From Balanoglossus misakiensis (Eukaryota > Animalia > Hemichordata): a stretch of DNA of 64,000 nucleotides. The notes under the pieces were generated by a model. It worked only from the letters and a program-made list of their open reading frames with translations, was not told the DNA's origin and made no database searches. The translations under genes were made by a program, and so were the position numbers. The stretch lies in the NCBI GenBank assembly GCA_040954595.2, contig CM082590.2, positions 3,224,001-3,288,000 of the forward strand, read 5' to 3'. Shown piece by piece: positions 62,101 through 64,000 of this stretch (position 1 is its first letter; each line of letters starts with the position of its first letter).

Positions 62101-62556
62101 GCATAGTCATACATTGATACAAACGGTCCAGCGTACTACATACAACTGCTGGTCGAGGGCGAGGTATGCGCTGGGCAAAATCACTAAGTGAAATACGACT
62201 TGAAACAGCACATTTAGAATTACATTGAGATGATGCTCGCAGTGATTCTGTGAGACACAGATTCTAAATTCATGTACACAATTCATGCCGTATCTTTGGC
62301 TATGGAGTACGTACACAGTGAATGCACGAATATGTACTTACCGGTCGATCAGTACCTTTGCGACCTGGCGGTTCGTTTCCAATACCAAGGAGCGTTTGAT
62401 TTCATTCCAACGATGAATTTCCGAGAAAATGTTTATCTGACCTACTTGTTTCAGCAATTGTTTACGTTTTTTTGCCGAAGCAGTGGTTTGTGGGCGGCCA
62501 CGAGCACGTTTACGTTTACCACTGCTACTGGGAACAGACGCCAAAGCATCCGCCAT
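49807..62556 (-). CDS. Kolobok DDE transposase; 14 exons, ~791 aa
   Basis: Phase-consistent exons 62556-62342, 61733-61623, 61366-61241, 60896-60783, 59909-59856, 59579-59481, 59242-58939, 58652-58370, 58079-57843, 56871-56795, 51506-51402, 51144-50924, 50536-50372, 50071-49807. Motifs C..GH...WCSQP, LLGDGRMDSPGFCAQYCTY, VVSDAH, HSHYIWH, NHFWYC, STAELESFQQHILMYASKR, LAALDHN. Confidence 0.85.
51536..51689 (-). repeat. 3' LTR
   Basis: TGTGATGTCCGGGG...ATACTATCACA appears identical to 56383-56536. On the minus strand it is preceded by the short purine tract GAGGAGA. Confidence 0.95.
52163..54760 (-). CDS. pol: Gypsy pol (RT, RNase H, integrase); the natural end is probably 51941, past an in-frame TAA
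   Basis: RT: WVNPLVTVQKPDGDIRLCLD, KLDMNMAFHQ, NMHDD. RNase H: SDASPVGVGA, EREAL, TDHKPL. Integrase: HQGHQG...CHPC, VDL, SDNGPPF, SNGSVER. Confidence 0.93.
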   Translation of the reverse strand: MLKLLKKLNELQKLGVIEKVSGPTSWVNPLVTVQKPDGDIRLCLDMRKANQAIVRERHPVPTMDETLEEISGAKVFCKLDMNMAFHQIELDEKSRDITTFSGPNSLYRYKRLVFGVNMATEKFQNLISQVLKGCEGAHNMHDDIRVVAENYEQLHARVGKVIKRFSEHGLTLNFTKCKLGDSMIFMGHLMTAQGMKLTDEKVKAIVKARTPTDKSELRSFLGLAQFCSKYVDKFATVTSPLWDLTRKDAKWKWLPKHEKVFNLIKHKLTTSPFMAYFKQGAKTRVTSDASPVGVGAILEQMQSNGSYQPVYYVSRKLTHVESRYSQFEREALGVKWACEKLQQFLLGSHFEVRTDHKPLLKVFSPNSRPPSARIERWLLYMQQFDYHITYIKGKNNYADMLSRLPVDEPSDNYCRETEDFACSVVLEAMPSAITPRDIERESAKDQSLQLVEKCITSANWSKLKSSPYWHVKDELWLYGRLIMRGNRLVVPQVLQRKILKIAHQGHQGIVRTKARLRDRVWWPGMDRDVEKLIRSCHPCQLVSARPNPEPLLPTQLPEGPWFDLAVDLLDVCDGEKLLVVTDLYSRWPEVVLLKKTDAAHVIKAMEAMFLTHGLPYCVKSDNGPPFTSAEFEGFLDYLGIDHEYSIPYWPQSNGSVERLNEIILKSVRIAKLQKKSWYKDLTHFLFEYRNTPHTVTGISPAMALMGREFRDTIPRLRIPSQTINESDWQIKMRERNNRMKMKQKFYADNRRHATSSDIREGDTVLLQQAFRQNKLTPNFETEPYKVIQKDGGALVLENSKGVKRRSTGHVKKYVEEYPEFSFQGTEWNSKHLTYEQPQRVQNGVPSCNPHIHDLSTHNNLDNLPV
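54651..56282 (-). CDS. gag: Gypsy gag-protease with two CCHC zinc knuckles
   Basis: CFRCGRKGHMQREC and CFRCQKPGHRAADC knuckles; aspartic protease motif IIDSGATCN. Confidence 0.92.
   Translation of the reverse strand: MKMSTPVTLSGLPGVAGFDCEGEPEALQQRWERWLQEFELFVAASGVSNNAQKRALLLHMAGAGIRDIVSTKSEDETGDVTNCATLIACLDKHFQLQKNVPMARQKFYSATPTSGETVDSYVIRLKNLLKDCDFPETEKDNQIRDRVLLYISDKVLKSKLYREKNLDTTKLLRIIRSYHDKDALVLVSGTQAVSANAVNIGGKRTRAKNKMADLACFRCGRKGHMQRECRASTSGSSRNAEQKSDRCFRCQKPGHRAADCRAKWEDCPSKDSENGNSRGSGGNRSARGRGRTRGDGRGTHKVAQTTTDANADGGHADVETDEEKAYYAFNAAFRASSGKDLTDTGIQIENQHVPVIIDSGATCNLIGERQFRRLAEKRGVKVRNCNNKVFTYGYSKPLDILGKCALHVEAPTKKKCIADFIVIKADQPILLSRSTSENLDMLRVGNVNLYTINSISADNSSPILAELRRKYPEVFNGLGKLKGYKLHLHIDESVKPIAQYRRIPFNRRAKVVEKTQRASKAGSNREGFGSDLLGQPPCNSTKA
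56368..56378 (-). other. Primer binding site (tRNA-Ser-like)
   Basis: TGGCGACGAGG lies 4 nt inside the 5' LTR and is complementary to the ...CCUCGUCGCCA 3' end typical of tRNA-Ser(GCU). Confidence 0.75.
56383..56536 (-). repeat. 5' LTR
   Basis: 154-bp direct repeat of 51536-51689. Confidence 0.95.
57023..57818. mobile_element. 796-bp non-autonomous TTAA element with long imperfect TIRs (Sola3-like)
   Basis: GATGGGTCCCTAGGATCTTTTTGC...GCAAAAAGATCCTAGGGACCCATC, with inverted similarity over ~140 bp. TTAA at 57019-57022 and 57819-57822. The superfamily is uncertain (Sola3 or Kolobok). Confidence 0.8.
60341..60773. mobile_element. Palindromic non-coding repeat (Crypton-like) in transposase intron 4
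   Basis: ~148-bp imperfect palindrome at 60356-60503 centred on CACACGAGCCGCAGGCTCGTGTG. Short TATCTT...AAGATA ends and a small terminal hairpin (TCACACTCCC...GGGAGTGTAA). Confidence 0.55.
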
Positions 62557-63429
62557 GACTGTCGCTACAGCTATAATTATATGTATGACGTTTCATTTTG
62601 TGTATATACCCTTGCACATGCGCACATTGGTAATGATCGAAGCCCGGCCCGCGTCCGCGCTCGAATAAATGGTAAAGAACGATTATTCATTTTGGTGATT
62701 TTTTTACTCTCGTGTCTACAAGCGGGATGGAACTTGTGTGTGGTCGAACGTTGATTCACTATATATCAACATTTAAAATAACATACACAGTGTCTTGAAT
62801 GAATCAAAATTAATGGAAAAAAGGCAAAAAGAGAGAGACTTTGTCCCTTTAAGTCAAAGGCTGATATTTCTCACTGTGTGTGACCAGGGTATCATTTTAA
62901 ACACAGACTGGACTTTGACTACTGTGTCCAATGGAAAAAATACATCAGCATCTATGTCTGCAAAAAGGTGTCAAAACTGACATATCTTATCATGTATGTC
63001 ATCAAACTCAAAGGATAATATCTTCATTTCATGTGACCTGCCTGGTTAAAGTTTACCGCCAACATTTCACCATGCTTTACCCACCCACCCATGGCACAGT
63101 GTGTCAAATCCAATATTTGGTTCGATGAATGAACCATGAAAGTTTCCGAATTGGTACTACCCGAAAACTGCATGGCAAGCTAAATTTGGAATTTGGATGG
63201 GGTGGGGAGGTAAAGCTAACCTAACGTACAGTCGTTTAGATTTAACATTATGCCTGTGAGTTACATGTTAATATTTTCTGCATGTCTGTCGCGTACAATG
63301 CGTCGGTGCGGAAAAATGATCACAGGTACTATTCAGAAGAATTCCGCTGAATCATGGTGACGATGTGCATGGAAAAATCCTGATTATGATCTAACTGATA
63401 AACAATAGCATGATATTAATAAAATATAC

Positions 63430-63810
63430 ACATTAACCAATGAATGAACCATCGTGAAGATTGTGCCCCAACACTTATTTAAGCTTTTATCATTATTATA
63501 CCTTTGTCATTACTAAATATATCAACAGCCCTGTACACCAAAGCTATCACCACATTTGTTAACCTTTATTACACCATTCATATGAAACCCTTCACCATCA
63601 TCAACCTCTATTATATTCATTGTTTTGGCCCATTATAATCTGTGTACCCTCAATTTTACCACAAACCATCACCACATTAGTTAACTGTTTATTAAACACT
63701 TCCACATGTGTTGCCCATTATTATACCATTGAAATTTATAAATTGATCATCATACCTATCATACAAGCAATTGCTGATTGCTGTTAACCCTTGTGTACCA
63801 CAAGCCATTA
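63430..63810. repeat. Degenerate AC-rich tandem/low-complexity repeat
   Basis: Recurring CATTATTATACC, CACCACATT(T/A)GTTAAC and GTAC(A)CCA(C)AAGC motifs. Confidence 0.4.
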
Positions 63811-64000
63811 GCATGAAATAGGCAACATGAATTTCACATAACACAGTTTGTCAGCTCTGAGAATATTGTTCTCAGGACCATGTCCCACGCTTAATAAAAG
63901 TGTTGTGTATGTGGTACAGTTTAGATTCCTTGTAAGATTTCCCATAACACAGTTCGTGAGCCCCGAAAAGTACCATAACACAATTCTCATGAACATTTCC

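Larger units (their letters stand above)
46176..62848. mobile_element. Kolobok-superfamily DNA transposon, 16,673 bp including nested insertions
   Basis: 27-bp perfect TIR AGGGACAAAGTCTCTCTCTTTTTGCCT. TTAA is duplicated at 46172-46175 and 62849-62852. RR...YY termini. Two convergent genes (DDE transposase and P2X7-ballast-like protein). Confidence 0.92.

Overview
This is eukaryotic DNA, probably from a marine invertebrate, with spliceosomal introns and no recognisable host gene. The window is a repeat- and transposon-dense block. (1) A ~131-bp satellite with higher-order repeats occupies 1-1154 and 22110-42685. (2) It is interrupted by a 20,955-bp DNA transposon (1155-22109) with 34-bp TIRs AACAGCACG...CGTGCTGTT and a TATA target duplication. 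The element carries two divergent, intact spliced genes: a Sola-like DDD transposase with a C-terminal Tudor/SH3-like domain (+), and a ParB-like domain fused to a bacterial-type beta-class amino-methyltransferase fold (-). It also has palindrome-bearing 35-bp arrays near both ends and a ~906-bp tandem array between the genes. This element is the best candidate for an undescribed system. (3) A 5'-truncated L1/Tx1 LINE with poly(A) and TSD lies at 44501-45963. (4) A 16.7-kb Kolobok transposon (46176-62848, TTAA TSD) encodes a 14-exon DDE transposase and a convergent P2X7-ballast (KolX/Nanor-like) gene. Its introns hold a full Mag-type Gypsy LTR element, a palindromic MITE of its own family, a Sola3-like MITE and a Crypton-like palindromic repeat. 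Gene models were assembled by hand from splice sites and reading frame. Family names come from motif recognition, not database searches.
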